The notes beneath the pieces are model-generated. The model saw nothing but the letters and a program-made list of their open reading frames with translations, was not told where the DNA came from and did not search any database. Source: an uncultured Acholeplasmataceae bacterium (GTDB taxonomy: Bacteria; Bacillota_I; Bacilli_A; Acholeplasmatales; Acholeplasmataceae). Taken from it: a stretch of 62,032 nucleotides of DNA. Of this stretch, positions 1 to 9,875 are shown piece by piece (within the stretch, counting starts at the first letter, position 1; each line of letters starts with the position of its first letter). The DNA lies in contig CAKMKF010000040.1 of the NCBI GenBank assembly GCA_927439925.1, positions 1 through 62,032 on the forward strand. The letters are read 5' to 3'. The position numbers and the translations under genes were made by a program.

Positions 1-1
1 T

Positions 2-217
2 GAAATCATTGATCTACCTGCTTGTGAACTTGTTGTATTTCAAGGGGAACCTTATGACGATGAGGACTTTAGAGCACAAGTTGGCTTTGTTATGGAATCA
101 ATTGAAAAGTATAATCCTAAAGTATATGGATTCTCATATGATCCAGATGGTTATAGATTTCAATATGAGCCACAAGGATATAGAGGATATATCGAAGGAA
201 GAGTAATCAAAAGATAA
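2..217 (+). CDS. 3' part of probable AraC-family regulator (C-terminal effector domain), runs off window start
   Basis: Open frame from nt 2 (EIIDLPACELVVFQGEPYDDEDF...RFQYEPQGYRGYIEGRVIKR*) ends in TAA at 215-217, just before a terminator. It resembles the C-terminus of Bacillota/Bacteroidota AraC proteins. Not the frame shown in the ORF track. Confidence 0.65.
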   Translation, partial: EIIDLPACELVVFQGEPYDDEDFRAQVGFVMESIEKYNPKVYGFSYDPDGYRFQYEPQGYRGYIEGRVIKR

Positions 218-230
218 AAAACTTGTACAA

Positions 231-268
231 AAAAGAGGTAGACTTTCAATCGAAAGTCTACCTCTTTT
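231..268. terminator. Bidirectional rho-independent terminator
   Basis: AAAAGAGGTAGACTTTC-AATC-GAAAGTCTACCTCTTTT, perfect 17-bp stem between convergent genes. Confidence 0.9.
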
Positions 269-275
269 AATACTA

Positions 276-737
276 TTAAATGCTTCTAAGCAAGTTAACC
301 ATTTCAATAGCAGTAACAGCTGCTTCAAATCCTTTATTACCAGCTTTCGTTCCTGCTCTTTCAATTGCTTGTTCAATACTATCAGTTGTCAGTACTCCAA
401 AGATCACTGGAACTTCTGTTTCAAGTGATACATGTGCGACTCCCTTAGTCACTTCATTAGCTACATAATCAAAGTGAGGTGTATTACCTCTAATCACTGC
501 ACCTAAACAAATAACTGCATCATAGTTTTTACTCTTAGCAAGTTTTTTTGCTACAAGTGGAATTTCAAACGCACCTGGAACCCATGTTACATGAATAGAT
601 TCCTCAGTTGCTCCATGACGAATTAAAGCGTCTTTTGCACCTTCAAGTAGTTTAGATCCAATAAACTCATTAAATCTACCAACCACGATATTAAATTTTG
701 CATCCTTAACAATCAAATTTCCTTCAAATGTTTTCAT
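276..737 (-). CDS. ribH: 6,7-dimethyl-8-ribityllumazine synthase
   Basis: [47 protein letters not shown] motifs. Confidence 0.97.
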   Translation of the reverse strand: MKTFEGNLIVKDAKFNIVVGRFNEFIGSKLLEGAKDALIRHGATEESIHVTWVPGAFEIPLVAKKLAKSKNYDAVICLGAVIRGNTPHFDYVANEVTKGVAHVSLETEVPVIFGVLTTDSIEQAIERAGTKAGNKGFEAAVTAIEMVNLLRSI

Positions 738-1945
738 TATTTTACTTCCTCCTTTAAATTGAGCATATGCCCTAGTTTTTCTTTTTTAGTGGATAAATAT
801 GCTTGATTCTTTTCATTGTGATTCATTTGGATTGATACTCTTTCAACAATCTCTATGCCATAACCAGATAAACCATGAATCTTTCTTGGGTTATTGGTGA
901 GTAGTCTTATTTTTTTAACGTTTAAATCACTTAAGATTTGTGCACCAATACCGTAATCTCTCATATCTTCAGGAAAGCCAAGAGCTAGATTCGCTTCAAC
1001 GGTATCCATGCCTTGGTCTTGAAGTGCGTATGCTTTAATCTTGTTGATTAAACCAATGCCACGTCCTTCTTGACGCATATAAAGAAGAATACCTTTACCT
1101 TCTTTATTGATCATATCCAAGGCTTGGTCTAGTTGACCTCCGCAATCGCATCTTCTTGAACGAAATGCGTCTCCTGTAAGACATTCAGAGTGCACTCTGA
1201 CTAAGACTTCATCCGTATCCTTAATATCACCTTTAACAAGTGCTACATGGTGTTCTTTAGTAAGTAAGTTTTCAAATCCGATAATTTTAAAATCACCATG
1301 ATCAGTTGGCATTATTGCTTCAGCAGCACGTTTGACCAATTGGTCTTGTTTTCTGCGATAAGCGATTAGTGATGCGATCGTTACCATCTTTAATTGATGT
1401 TTTTTTGCATAAACTTCTAAATCACTTACTCTAGCCATTGTTCCATCATCTTTCATGATTTCACAAATGACGCCTGCGGGTTTAAGTCCAGCTAGCTTTG
1501 CTAAATCAACAGCAGCTTCAGTATGACCTGCACGTTTTAATACTCCACCTTCCATAGCAACCAAAGGGAAGATATGTCCAGGACGTTTAAAGTCAAAGCG
1601 AGAAGAACTCTCATCAATTACCTTTTGAATTGTCTGACTACGTTCAAATGCTGAGATGCCAGTAGTTGAGTTTTTAGCATCAATCGATACTGTAAATGCA
1701 GTATGGTATGTGTCAGTGTTTTCACTAACCATTGCGTAAAACCCTAGTTTTCTTGCTATTTTCTCTTCGAGGGGTAAACAGATTAATCCACGACCATGGG
1801 TTGCCATAAAGTTAATCGCTTCAGGTGTCGCATGCTCTGCAGCCATTAATAAGTCCCCTTCGTTTTCGCGGTCCTCATCATCGACTACAACAACCATTTT
1901 TCCATTTTTAATGTCAATGATTGCTTCTTCAATTGTGTTAAACAT
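737..1945 (-). CDS. ribBA: Bifunctional DHBP synthase / GTP cyclohydrolase II
   Basis: [42 protein letters not shown] motifs. Confidence 0.97.
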   Translation of the reverse strand: MFNTIEEAIIDIKNGKMVVVVDDEDRENEGDLLMAAEHATPEAINFMATHGRGLICLPLEEKIARKLGFYAMVSENTDTYHTAFTVSIDAKNSTTGISAFERSQTIQKVIDESSSRFDFKRPGHIFPLVAMEGGVLKRAGHTEAAVDLAKLAGLKPAGVICEIMKDDGTMARVSDLEVYAKKHQLKMVTIASLIAYRRKQDQLVKRAAEAIMPTDHGDFKIIGFENLLTKEHHVALVKGDIKDTDEVLVRVHSECLTGDAFRSRRCDCGGQLDQALDMINKEGKGILLYMRQEGRGIGLINKIKAYALQDQGMDTVEANLALGFPEDMRDYGIGAQILSDLNVKKIRLLTNNPRKIHGLSGYGIEIVERVSIQMNHNEKNQAYLSTKKEKLGHMLNLKEEVK

Positions 1946-1959
1946 TTTTTATGTCTCCT

Positions 1960-2595
1960 TTAAAATCCATATTTTTTTAAACTTTCTAAAGTTATTCCTT
2001 TTCCATCTTTATTTGACAATAGTTTTTCAACGTATTTTCCGATTAAATCACATTCTAGATTCACATAGTCTCCAACGCGTTTATCTAATAATGTCGTATC
2101 TTTTTTTGTATATGGGATAATCGATACCGAAAAACCTTCATCATCTATTTTTACAACTGTTAAGCTAATACCATCTATTGCAATACTACCTTGTTCAATC
2201 ATATATTTTAAGATATGTTTTGGAGCGTTAATATAAACTAATGTCGCGAAGTCTTGTTTAGCCATCGAATGTATTCTTCCGATATCATCAATATGGCCAC
2301 TGACCATATGGCCACCCATTCTATCACCTAGTCTCGTCGCGCGCTCTAAATTGACCTCACTACCCATTTTCAATTCTTTAATCGTTGTTCGGTTTAATGT
2401 CTCATTCATCACGTCAACCGAAAAACCATTTTTCAGTAGTTCAGTAACTGTTAAACATACACCATTTGTAGATATACTATCTCCAAGTTTAGTATGTTCT
2501 AATACTTTAGAAGCTTCTATAGATAGGGTGGCACTTAAGTTCCCTTTTTTAATAGCTTTTATCTTTCCAATTTCTTCAATAATACCTGTAAACAT
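1960..2595 (-). CDS. ribE: Riboflavin synthase (alpha chain)
   Basis: MFTGIIEE N-terminus, NGVCLT, VNLERA, GGHMVSGHID, GISLT; RBS AAGGAGG upstream. Confidence 0.97.
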   Translation of the reverse strand: MFTGIIEEIGKIKAIKKGNLSATLSIEASKVLEHTKLGDSISTNGVCLTVTELLKNGFSVDVMNETLNRTTIKELKMGSEVNLERATRLGDRMGGHMVSGHIDDIGRIHSMAKQDFATLVYINAPKHILKYMIEQGSIAIDGISLTVVKIDDEGFSVSIIPYTKKDTTLLDKRVGDYVNLECDLIGKYVEKLLSNKDGKGITLESLKKYGF

Positions 2596-2632
2596 CTTTA
2601 GTCCTCCTTTAAATCTTTGATATTAAAATAAC

Positions 2633-2668
2633 AAAAAATGCTCTAAATATTAATTCAGAGCATAAAAA
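2633..2668 (-). terminator. Riboswitch expression-platform terminator in rib leader
   Basis: Minus strand ATGCTCT...AGAGCAT hairpin followed by a T-tract, between the aptamer and ribE. Confidence 0.7.
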
Positions 2669-2709
2669 GAGTATAAAGCAACGAAAAAAAGATTTCGTAC
2701 ACCTTAGTT

Positions 2710-2815
2710 TTCTTCTCCCATCCAGACTTTACTGTCGGTGTAGGAATTTAACCTACTCAGCTTGCGCTCGCGGACTATACCGCCGGTCGGGAATTGCACC
2801 CTGCCCTGAAGAATA
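2710..2815 (-). ncRNA. FMN riboswitch (RFN element)
   Basis: Minus strand TATTCTTCAGGGCAGGGTGCAATTCCCGACCGGCGGT-ATAGTCCGCGAGC...CCGACAGTAAAGTCTGGATGGGAGAAGA matches the RFN consensus; lies upstream of rib genes. Confidence 0.97.
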
Positions 2816-2967
2816 TGAAGTTGACGCATTTATATTATCATGAAATAACATAGAAAACAAGCAATAACACATTTGGATATTCTTAAGCAAGTCATAAGGT
2901 TAAATAGACAAATCAATTGTTCATCATGTATAATAAATTTAGTCAGTACTTAAAGGAGAATATCAAA

Positions 2968-3318
2968 ATGAAATATCTAATTATCGTTAATGAATCACCT
3001 TATGGAAATGAAAAGCCATATAATGCATTACGTTTAGCAATGACATTGCAGAAAGAACATCAAGCAGAAGTCACATTTTTTTTCATGGGTGACAGTGTTG
3101 TAGCGGCAATGAAAAATCAAAAGACACCGGATGGATTTTACAACCTCGAACGCATGATTAGATCAATCTTATTAAAAAAGGGAACTGTTTTAATGTGTGG
3201 AACATGTATGGAAGCTAGAGGGATGAGTGAAGAATCATTAATCGCTGGAGCACAAAAAAGTACAATGCTTAAATTAGCAGAAGTCACTGATTCAAGTGAT
3301 AAAGTATTAGTGTTTTAA
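2968..3318 (+). CDS. DsrE/YchN-like sulfur-relay family protein
   Basis: ESPYG.EK.YNALRLA, FFMGDSV, CGTCMEARG motifs; start moved to ATG 2968 after AAGGAG. Confidence 0.85.
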   Translation: MKYLIIVNESPYGNEKPYNALRLAMTLQKEHQAEVTFFFMGDSVVAAMKNQKTPDGFYNLERMIRSILLKKGTVLMCGTCMEARGMSEESLIAGAQKSTMLKLAEVTDSSDKVLVF

Positions 3319-3386
3319 AAAATAAATATATCGAAATATTTACATGATATAATAAATATAACAAAACAAGTTTTTCGGAGGGGAAA

Positions 3387-4682
3387 ATGAAAAAAATACT
3401 AGTTGCATTTATACTTTTATCGGGTCTTTTTACGATTTCAGGATGTACTAATCTTGCCCACTATTATGGATTTAAAAATAGTTCTAATCAATCTAAAACG
3501 GAAATACAAGAAAAAATTGCTTTTTACTCCAATGAGATGAAAGCCGATGTTGAAGGACTCATAAGTTCTAATCAAAGCTTAAGTGCTGAATTAGAAGAAG
3601 AATATCCACCAGGCACAATTGTTTATCAAAGAGAAGATCTTCCACCAAATTACGACTATCCTTACGATCCAGACATCATTGATCCACATTTTTTAATGAA
3701 TTCTGCAATGGCATTAGATTCATATAATGAAGCACTAAATTCATGTGACGATTTTGAAGAAGATGTTTTTTGCACGATAGAATATGAAGATTATAATCTG
3801 TATCTTAAAGTTAGAAGTGAAGATGATCAATTACTTATTGAATCCTATCGCTATTATTCATATACTTATGTGACGAATACTCAAAGATATGTGAATGCAG
3901 ATATTATGTATTTAGACATGATAGATGAAAAAATATATTTAGAACATGTACGTGATTTCAGAGTAAAAAATGGTGATGAAGAAATCAATCAATTATATTA
4001 TGATCTTTACTTTGAGTCTGGGGACATGCTCAATATAAGTGTCAATATGAATTCAGAAGCTGATGTTTATTATCAAAACTATGTGAAATCCACTCAAGAT
4101 ATATTTTCCTTCTCTAACAATGAAGAAGGATTACATTTCGGATATAAAGACACCGTAACCGAAAAATACTATTCAATCTCATTTGATCAAAACCAAGAAT
4201 TAAAGGCTAATTTTATCAGTTATGGTACATTTGATCCGTCATTTAGATATGACTATAATGCATATTCAACTCCTCAAGTTCGTTTGATATGGAACATGTT
4301 AGATGTAACAGGATGGGATGATGTTGTTGTTTTTGATTACCAATATGATCGAATCTATAAAGATGGGACACAAATCTTAACTGATTTTACTACTACCGTT
4401 GAAGTCTATGACTATACAACAGCTGAATCATATATCTATGTTACACCAGATGAGATTACTAAAGGATTAGTGAGTTTATCAGATCACGGACTTTCATTTG
4501 ATCATGTTACCATAGAAGAACTTAATGAAGATATTCCTTACTTTCAAACTAATTATTTAACTATTCTTGAGGGGTATGGTTTCTTTGAAGACATGACACA
4601 AAATAAAACGTTATTATATGATTTAATTCCATTTTTTGGTGATGATGAAATCATTTCATATTTATTCGATGAAATGGAATGA
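3387..4682 (+). CDS. Hypothetical lipoprotein (Tyr/Asp-rich)
   Basis: MKK + hydrophobic stretch + ISGC lipobox; GGAGG RBS; 431-aa ORF. Confidence 0.75.
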   Translation: MKKILVAFILLSGLFTISGCTNLAHYYGFKNSSNQSKTEIQEKIAFYSNEMKADVEGLISSNQSLSAELEEEYPPGTIVYQREDLPPNYDYPYDPDIIDPHFLMNSAMALDSYNEALNSCDDFEEDVFCTIEYEDYNLYLKVRSEDDQLLIESYRYYSYTYVTNTQRYVNADIMYLDMIDEKIYLEHVRDFRVKNGDEEINQLYYDLYFESGDMLNISVNMNSEADVYYQNYVKSTQDIFSFSNNEEGLHFGYKDTVTEKYYSISFDQNQELKANFISYGTFDPSFRYDYNAYSTPQVRLIWNMLDVTGWDDVVVFDYQYDRIYKDGTQILTDFTTTVEVYDYTTAESYIYVTPDEITKGLVSLSDHGLSFDHVTIEELNEDIPYFQTNYLTILEGYGFFEDMTQNKTLLYDLIPFFGDDEIISYLFDEME

Positions 4683-4804
4683 TTTACATATATTGATTTT
4701 AAATTCAATCGAAATTTAATTGAGTTACTAAGTCTATTTTTTATATGGATTCAATGATATAATATTTATGCATCAAAAATATTTCATACATTCGGGGATT
4801 AACT

Positions 4805-5365
4805 ATGAAAACTACAGAGAAAAAAATCTTACTCGCAGCAACCAAACTATTTTCGGAATTTGGTTATTCCGGAGTTTCAACCAAAAAAATAGCGGAACAA
4901 GCTGGTGTGAACGAACTCACACTCTTTCGTCTATTTAAAACAAAAGGAAATCTTTTACAAGCAGTCATACATGACTTCGCATACGAAGGTAATATCATTG
5001 AAAAAATTGCTCATGACATCACTGGAGATATCCAAAAAGACATTCAAATATTCGCCGATGTTTATTATATGTTTTTAGAAAACAATATTAAGATGTACAA
5101 AATCCAGATTCGAGAAATCGATGAAGAAGGTATCAGATTTACCAACTCAATAGAATATACAGAGTTCATGAAAGAATATTTTACAAAACAAGTTGCCTTA
5201 GGTAAATTCAAAGGAGATCCATTCTTAGTCGCTACAAGCATTGTTTCAATGATTATGGGGATTTTTACACTCAAGGTATTCGCTCCAGATATCTATAAAG
5301 GAACTGATTATAAGAAGTTAATTCATAAATTTGTTGAAGATTTATCAGGTTTATACATCATCTAA
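4805..5365 (+). CDS. TetR/AcrR-family transcriptional regulator
   Basis: ILLAATKLFSEFGY.G.STKKIAEQAGVNELTLFRLFKTK HTH. Confidence 0.93.
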   Translation: MKTTEKKILLAATKLFSEFGYSGVSTKKIAEQAGVNELTLFRLFKTKGNLLQAVIHDFAYEGNIIEKIAHDITGDIQKDIQIFADVYYMFLENNIKMYKIQIREIDEEGIRFTNSIEYTEFMKEYFTKQVALGKFKGDPFLVATSIVSMIMGIFTLKVFAPDIYKGTDYKKLIHKFVEDLSGLYII

Positions 5366-5368
5366 AAT

Positions 5369-5398
5369 GAACTGCTTTAGCAAGTAGTTCTTTTTTTT
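5369..5398 (+). terminator. Rho-independent terminator
   Basis: GAACTGCTT-TAGC-AAGTAGTTC followed by T8. Confidence 0.85.
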
Positions 5399-5409
5399 AT
5401 TTTTCTTCA

Positions 5410-5464
5410 TGAAAACGCTTGTAATCTATTTTTTTTATTGTATAATGTAAGTAAGTGCTTACAT
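5410..5464 (+). promoter_or_regulatory. ato promoter with palindromic operator and cre-like site
   Basis: -35 TTGTAA (5419-5424), -10 TATAAT (5441-5446); inverted repeat ATGTAAG-N6-CTTACAT (5445-5464) over the start site; TGAAAACGCTTGTA (5410-5423) is near the cre consensus. Confidence 0.65.
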
Positions 5465-5488
5465 ATATTTATAGAGAGGAAAGTATAG

Positions 5489-6145
5489 ATGAAACAGAAA
5501 CTTATTACAAAATCTGAGTTCGTTTCAAAGATCTATAGTGGAGCAAGTCTGATGGTTGGTGGCTTTATGAACATTGGTACACCAGTTTCATTAATCGATG
5601 CGATTTTAGAAACTGATGTGAAAGACCTAACAATCATTTGCAACGACGCAGGACTTCCAGGAGTTGGTGTAGGAAAATTAATAGAAGCAGGAAAAGTTAA
5701 GAAATTAATTGCTTCTCATATTGGACTGAATCCAATGGCTGGTGAAAAAATGACTTCAGGAGAGATGGAAGTCGAATTGATCCCACAAGGAACTTTAGCA
5801 GAACGCATTCGCTCAGGTGGTGCAGGATTAGGTGGGTTCTTGACACCTACAGGTATTGGCACCATGGTTCAAGAAGGTAAAAGAGTAATTAACGTGGATG
5901 GAAAAGATTATTTACTTGAAAAAGGTCTAAAAGCTGACTTTGCATTGCTTTTAGGACACAAAGTAGATAAAAAGGGAAACATTGTTTATAACAAAACAAC
6001 AAGAAACTTCAATCCTATCATGGCTACAGCTTGCAACACAGTCATTGTTGAAGCGAAGTCTTTAGTAGGTATTGGTGAACTTGATCCTGATCACGTGATT
6101 ACACAACACATTTTTGTTGATTATATTGTAGAAGGTGACAAATGA
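5489..6145 (+). CDS. atoD: Acetate/butyrate-acetoacetate CoA-transferase subunit A
   Basis: [38 protein letters not shown]. Confidence 0.92.
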   Translation: MKQKLITKSEFVSKIYSGASLMVGGFMNIGTPVSLIDAILETDVKDLTIICNDAGLPGVGVGKLIEAGKVKKLIASHIGLNPMAGEKMTSGEMEVELIPQGTLAERIRSGGAGLGGFLTPTGIGTMVQEGKRVINVDGKDYLLEKGLKADFALLLGHKVDKKGNIVYNKTTRNFNPIMATACNTVIVEAKSLVGIGELDPDHVITQHIFVDYIVEGDK

Positions 6146-6795
6146 TGAATCCAAAAGAAATAATCGCAAGAAGAGTTGCTAAAGAATTACATGATGGAGA
6201 TGTTGTTAACCTAGGAATTGGACTACCTACCATGGTATCTAATTATATTCCTAGTAATGTAGACATCACCTTTCAATCAGAAAATGGAATGCTTGGTCTA
6301 GGACCAACACCAAATCCTGGTGAAGAAGATTATGATTTAACAAATGCAGGTGGTCAACCAGTCACAATGGCTATCGGTGGAGCATGTTTTGATAGTTCTA
6401 CATCATTTGGTATTATTCGTGGAGGACATGTAGATGCTACAGTCTTAGGATCACTACAAGTCGACCAAGAAGGAAATATTGCGAACTGGATTATTCCAGG
6501 AAAAATGGTTCCAGGTATGGGTGGAGCAATGGACTTACTCGTTGGAGCTAAAAAAGTGATTGTTGCGATGCAGCATACATCCAATGGAAAGCATAAGATT
6601 TTAAAGAAGTGCACATTACCTTTTACTGCAGTCAAAGAAGTCGATATGATTGTTACAGAGTTAGGGGTTATGGAAATAACGGATCAAGGGATATTACTTA
6701 CTGAATTAGCACCAGGTGTAACGATTGAAGAAATTCAGGCAGCTACAGAAGCTACACTAATTATTAGTGATAACTTAAAAACAATAGAAATCTAG
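6142..6795 (+). CDS. atoA: Acetate/butyrate-acetoacetate CoA-transferase subunit B
   Basis: VNLGIGLPT, catalytic [12 protein letters not shown]. Confidence 0.92.
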   Translation: MMNPKEIIARRVAKELHDGDVVNLGIGLPTMVSNYIPSNVDITFQSENGMLGLGPTPNPGEEDYDLTNAGGQPVTMAIGGACFDSSTSFGIIRGGHVDATVLGSLQVDQEGNIANWIIPGKMVPGMGGAMDLLVGAKKVIVAMQHTSNGKHKILKKCTLPFTAVKEVDMIVTELGVMEITDQGILLTELAPGVTIEEIQAATEATLIISDNLKTIEI

Positions 6796-6806
6796 GGAGA
6801 AGAAAG

Positions 6807-8168
6807 ATGAAAAAACTGTTTAACAAGATGACAGCGGGTTCTGTAAAATTAGTTGAAAAATACTTACCAGACCCATTTATTTTCGCGATCATATTAACAT
6901 TCTTTGTTATTATCGTTTCGCTTTTCGTGACCAAGACAACACCACTTGGTATTGTTGAAGCTTGGTATGGTGGATTCTGGAGCTTACTCACATTTGCAAT
7001 GCAAATGGCGTTAATCCTAGTGACTGGTACAATTCTTGCAACTGCACCAGCATTTAAGAAGTTATTAGGAAAATTAGCATCTATTCCAAAGAACAAGATT
7101 CAAGCAATTCTTTGGGTGAGTGTGATTTCTCTAGTAGCATCCTTCATTAACTGGGGATTTGGTTTAGTTATCGGTGCGATTTTCGCTAAAGAAGTTGCGA
7201 AACGCGTTAAAGATGTTGACTATCCATTATTAATCGCTACAGCTTATAGTGGATTCTTAATTTGGCATGCTGGTTTATCAGGATCTATTCCTCTAGCACT
7301 TGCTACAGGTGGTGCAGCTCTTGCTACAGCAACTGGTGGAGCAGTCGTTGACCCAATTTCTACAAGCTTAACGATTTTCTCTACAATGAACTTAGTTATT
7401 GTTGGTGTTCTAATTCTTACATTACCAATTCTTTTATCTTTAATGCATCCAAAACCAGATAAGACTAAAGTTGTTGATCCTGCTTTACTAGAAGATGAAC
7501 CAACTCCAGCAATGAAGGATCGTAAAGAAATGACTCCTGCTGAAAAATTAGAAAATAGTAGAGTTATTAACTATATCTTATCAGCGATTGGATTCACTTA
7601 CATTATTCTATATTTTGTTGAAGCTGGATTTAACTTAAACTTAAATATCGTTATCTTTATTTTCTTATTTACAGCTATCCTTCTACACGGTACTCCAATT
7701 AATGTTGTACGTGCAGTCAATAATGCATCTAAGAATGTTGGTGGAATCTTATTACAATTCCCATTCTATGCAGGTATCATGGGTATTATGACAGCTAAAG
7801 GTCCAACAGACGTTTCATTAGCTGGCGCAATTTCTGATATGTTTGTTAGCATTTCAAATGGAACAACTTTTCCATTATTCTCATTCTTAAGTGCAGGTAT
7901 CGTTAACGTATTCGTTCCATCAGGTGGTGGACAATGGGCAGTTCAAGGTCCAATCATGATGCCAGCTGGTTTAACTTTAGGCGTTGATGCTGCTAAAACT
8001 GCAATGGCAATCGCTTGGGGTGACGCATGGACAAATATGATTCAACCATTCTGGGCACTTCCAGTATTAGGTATTGCTAAGCTAGGTGCTAAAAACATTA
8101 TGGGTTACTGTTTAATCGTCTTATTATACTCAGGTATTATCATTGGTTTAGGTTTATTATTATTCTAG
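6807..8168 (+). CDS. atoE: Short-chain fatty acid transporter
   Basis: KYLPDPFIFA, FAMQMALIL, PSGGGQWAVQGP, WGDAWTNMIQPFWALP; polytopic membrane protein. Confidence 0.93.
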   Translation: MKKLFNKMTAGSVKLVEKYLPDPFIFAIILTFFVIIVSLFVTKTTPLGIVEAWYGGFWSLLTFAMQMALILVTGTILATAPAFKKLLGKLASIPKNKIQAILWVSVISLVASFINWGFGLVIGAIFAKEVAKRVKDVDYPLLIATAYSGFLIWHAGLSGSIPLALATGGAALATATGGAVVDPISTSLTIFSTMNLVIVGVLILTLPILLSLMHPKPDKTKVVDPALLEDEPTPAMKDRKEMTPAEKLENSRVINYILSAIGFTYIILYFVEAGFNLNLNIVIFIFLFTAILLHGTPINVVRAVNNASKNVGGILLQFPFYAGIMGIMTAKGPTDVSLAGAISDMFVSISNGTTFPLFSFLSAGIVNVFVPSGGGQWAVQGPIMMPAGLTLGVDAAKTAMAIAWGDAWTNMIQPFWALPVLGIAKLGAKNIMGYCLIVLLYSGIIIGLGLLLF

Positions 8169-8186
8169 TTTTAAATGGAGGTTTGT

Positions 8187-9392
8187 ATGTCAAAAGTATA
8201 TATTGTTTCTGCAAAGAGAACAGCTGTAGGTAGCTTTCTAGGATCTTTATCTAGTATGTCACCTGCTGAGTTTGGAGCGAAAGTTGTAAAAAACATCTTA
8301 GATGAAACCAAAATCGAATACAGTGCAATTGATGAAGTAATATCAGGTAACATCTTACCAGCGGGTCAAGGTCAAGGTATAGGAAGACAAGTCGCACTAC
8401 GTGCAGGGCTACCTTACGAAACACCTGGATACGCAATCAATATGGTCTGTGGTTCTGGTATGAAAGCAATTATGGATGGATATTTAAAGATTCAAGCTGG
8501 TTGGGCAAATGTGATCATTGCTGGTGGTACTGAATCGATGAGTCAAGCACCACATTTAATTCCTTCTAAAGGTAGAAGTGGATATAAAATGGGAAACCTT
8601 GAAGTTATCGATCATATGATCTATGATGCATTAATCGATGCATATGATGGAATTCATATGGGTGTCACTGCTGAAAACATTGCTTTAAAGCATTCAATTT
8701 CAAGAGAAGAACAAGATGCTTTCGCATATAACTCTCAAACTAAAGCTATCAAATCAGTTGATGAAGGTAGATTTGATGATGAAATCGTTGGACTTGAAGT
8801 TAAAATTGGTAAAGAAGTTGTTTTATTCAATAAAGACGAATATCCAAACAGAAAAACATCATTAGAAAAGCTTTCAACATTAAAACCAGCCTTTCAAAAA
8901 GATGGTAGTGTCACAGCAGGTAACGCATCTGGTATTAACGATGGCGCGGCATATGTCATGTTAGCAAGTGAAGAAGCTATCAAAAAATACAATTTAGTAC
9001 CACTTGTTGAAGTTGTTGGATTCGATCAAGCAGGAGTTGACCCGAAAGTCATGGGTTTAGGTCCTGTAGGAGCGATTAAAAATGTTTTAAATCGCACAGC
9101 ATTAAAAATTAGTGATATCGATTTACTTGAATTAAACGAAGCATTCGCAGCTCAAAGCATTGGTGTAGTTAAAGAAATCAGTCATGATTTAAATGAATCT
9201 TATGATTTGATTATGGAGAGAACTAACGTCAATGGTGGAGCAATCGCCTTAGGACATCCTGTAGGAGCGAGTGGAGCACGTATTGTCGTAACATTGATTC
9301 ATGAGCTTAAAAAGAGAAATCAAGAACTCGGACTCGCATCCCTTTGTATAGGTGGCGGTATGGGGACTGCAATTATCGTTAAAAATGTTTAA
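8187..9392 (+). CDS. atoB: Acetyl-CoA C-acetyltransferase (thiolase)
   Basis: NMVCGSG, NEAFA, GHPVGASG, CIGGGMG; start ATG 8187 after GGAGG. Confidence 0.93.
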   Translation: MSKVYIVSAKRTAVGSFLGSLSSMSPAEFGAKVVKNILDETKIEYSAIDEVISGNILPAGQGQGIGRQVALRAGLPYETPGYAINMVCGSGMKAIMDGYLKIQAGWANVIIAGGTESMSQAPHLIPSKGRSGYKMGNLEVIDHMIYDALIDAYDGIHMGVTAENIALKHSISREEQDAFAYNSQTKAIKSVDEGRFDDEIVGLEVKIGKEVVLFNKDEYPNRKTSLEKLSTLKPAFQKDGSVTAGNASGINDGAAYVMLASEEAIKKYNLVPLVEVVGFDQAGVDPKVMGLGPVGAIKNVLNRTALKISDIDLLELNEAFAAQSIGVVKEISHDLNESYDLIMERTNVNGGAIALGHPVGASGARIVVTLIHELKKRNQELGLASLCIGGGMGTAIIVKNV

Positions 9393-9406
9393 TAGATAAA
9401 AGTTAC

Positions 9407-9444
9407 AGGACTTATGGATTGATATCTATAAGTTCTTTTCTTTT
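9407..9444 (+). terminator. Rho-independent terminator after ato operon
   Basis: AGGACTTATGGAT-TGAT-ATCTATAAGTTCT followed by T-rich tail. Confidence 0.75.
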
Positions 9445-9513
9445 GAATAAAAAAGTGCTCATATGTTAACGATAATTAGTGAAAACGCGAATAAGTGCTA
9501 AAATATTAGCGAT

Positions 9514-9798
9514 ATGAAAAATAAATTTGATATAAGTGATTTTGTAAATGTAGTAACAGAACAATCCATAAGGACAAATTTGGTTAATCGTTTTGTTAAA
9601 AGAAGAAAAGAATATGTACTAACACAAAAAGAATTAAGTATAAAATCAGATGTTAGTTATGGCTCAATACGGAGGTTTGAGTCTCAAGGAGATATTTCTT
9701 TAAAATCATTGTTAAAGATTAGTTTATCGATTGGGTGTTTAGAGGACTTCAATGAGTTGTTCAAACACGAGATACTTAAGAATTTAAAAGATTTATAG
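9514..9798 (+). CDS. XRE-family HTH protein (HipB-like)
   Basis: RRKEYVLTQKELSIKSDVSYGSIRRFESQGDISLKSLLKI HTH_3 pattern. Confidence 0.8.
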   Translation: MKNKFDISDFVNVVTEQSIRTNLVNRFVKRRKEYVLTQKELSIKSDVSYGSIRRFESQGDISLKSLLKISLSIGCLEDFNELFKHEILKNLKDL

Positions 9799-9813
9799 AT
9801 TGATTTTTTCGAT

Positions 9814-9858
9814 AAAAAAGCATTCACACGTGTTAATACTCATGTAAATGCTTTTTTT
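9814..9858. terminator. Bidirectional terminator
   Basis: AAAAAAGCATT...AATGCTTTTTTT imperfect hairpin between convergent genes. Confidence 0.75.
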
Positions 9859-9875
9859 GTATATTAGTTCTATAG

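Noticed and set aside
9-206. 65-aa plus-strand ORF in the track
   Set aside because: The alternative frame starting at nt 2 gives a recognisable protein C-terminus ending just before the terminator.
134-2620. Short ORFs 134-376, 280-468, 1911-2120, 2351-2620
   Set aside because: Shadow frames of well-supported rib genes; no RBS or motifs.
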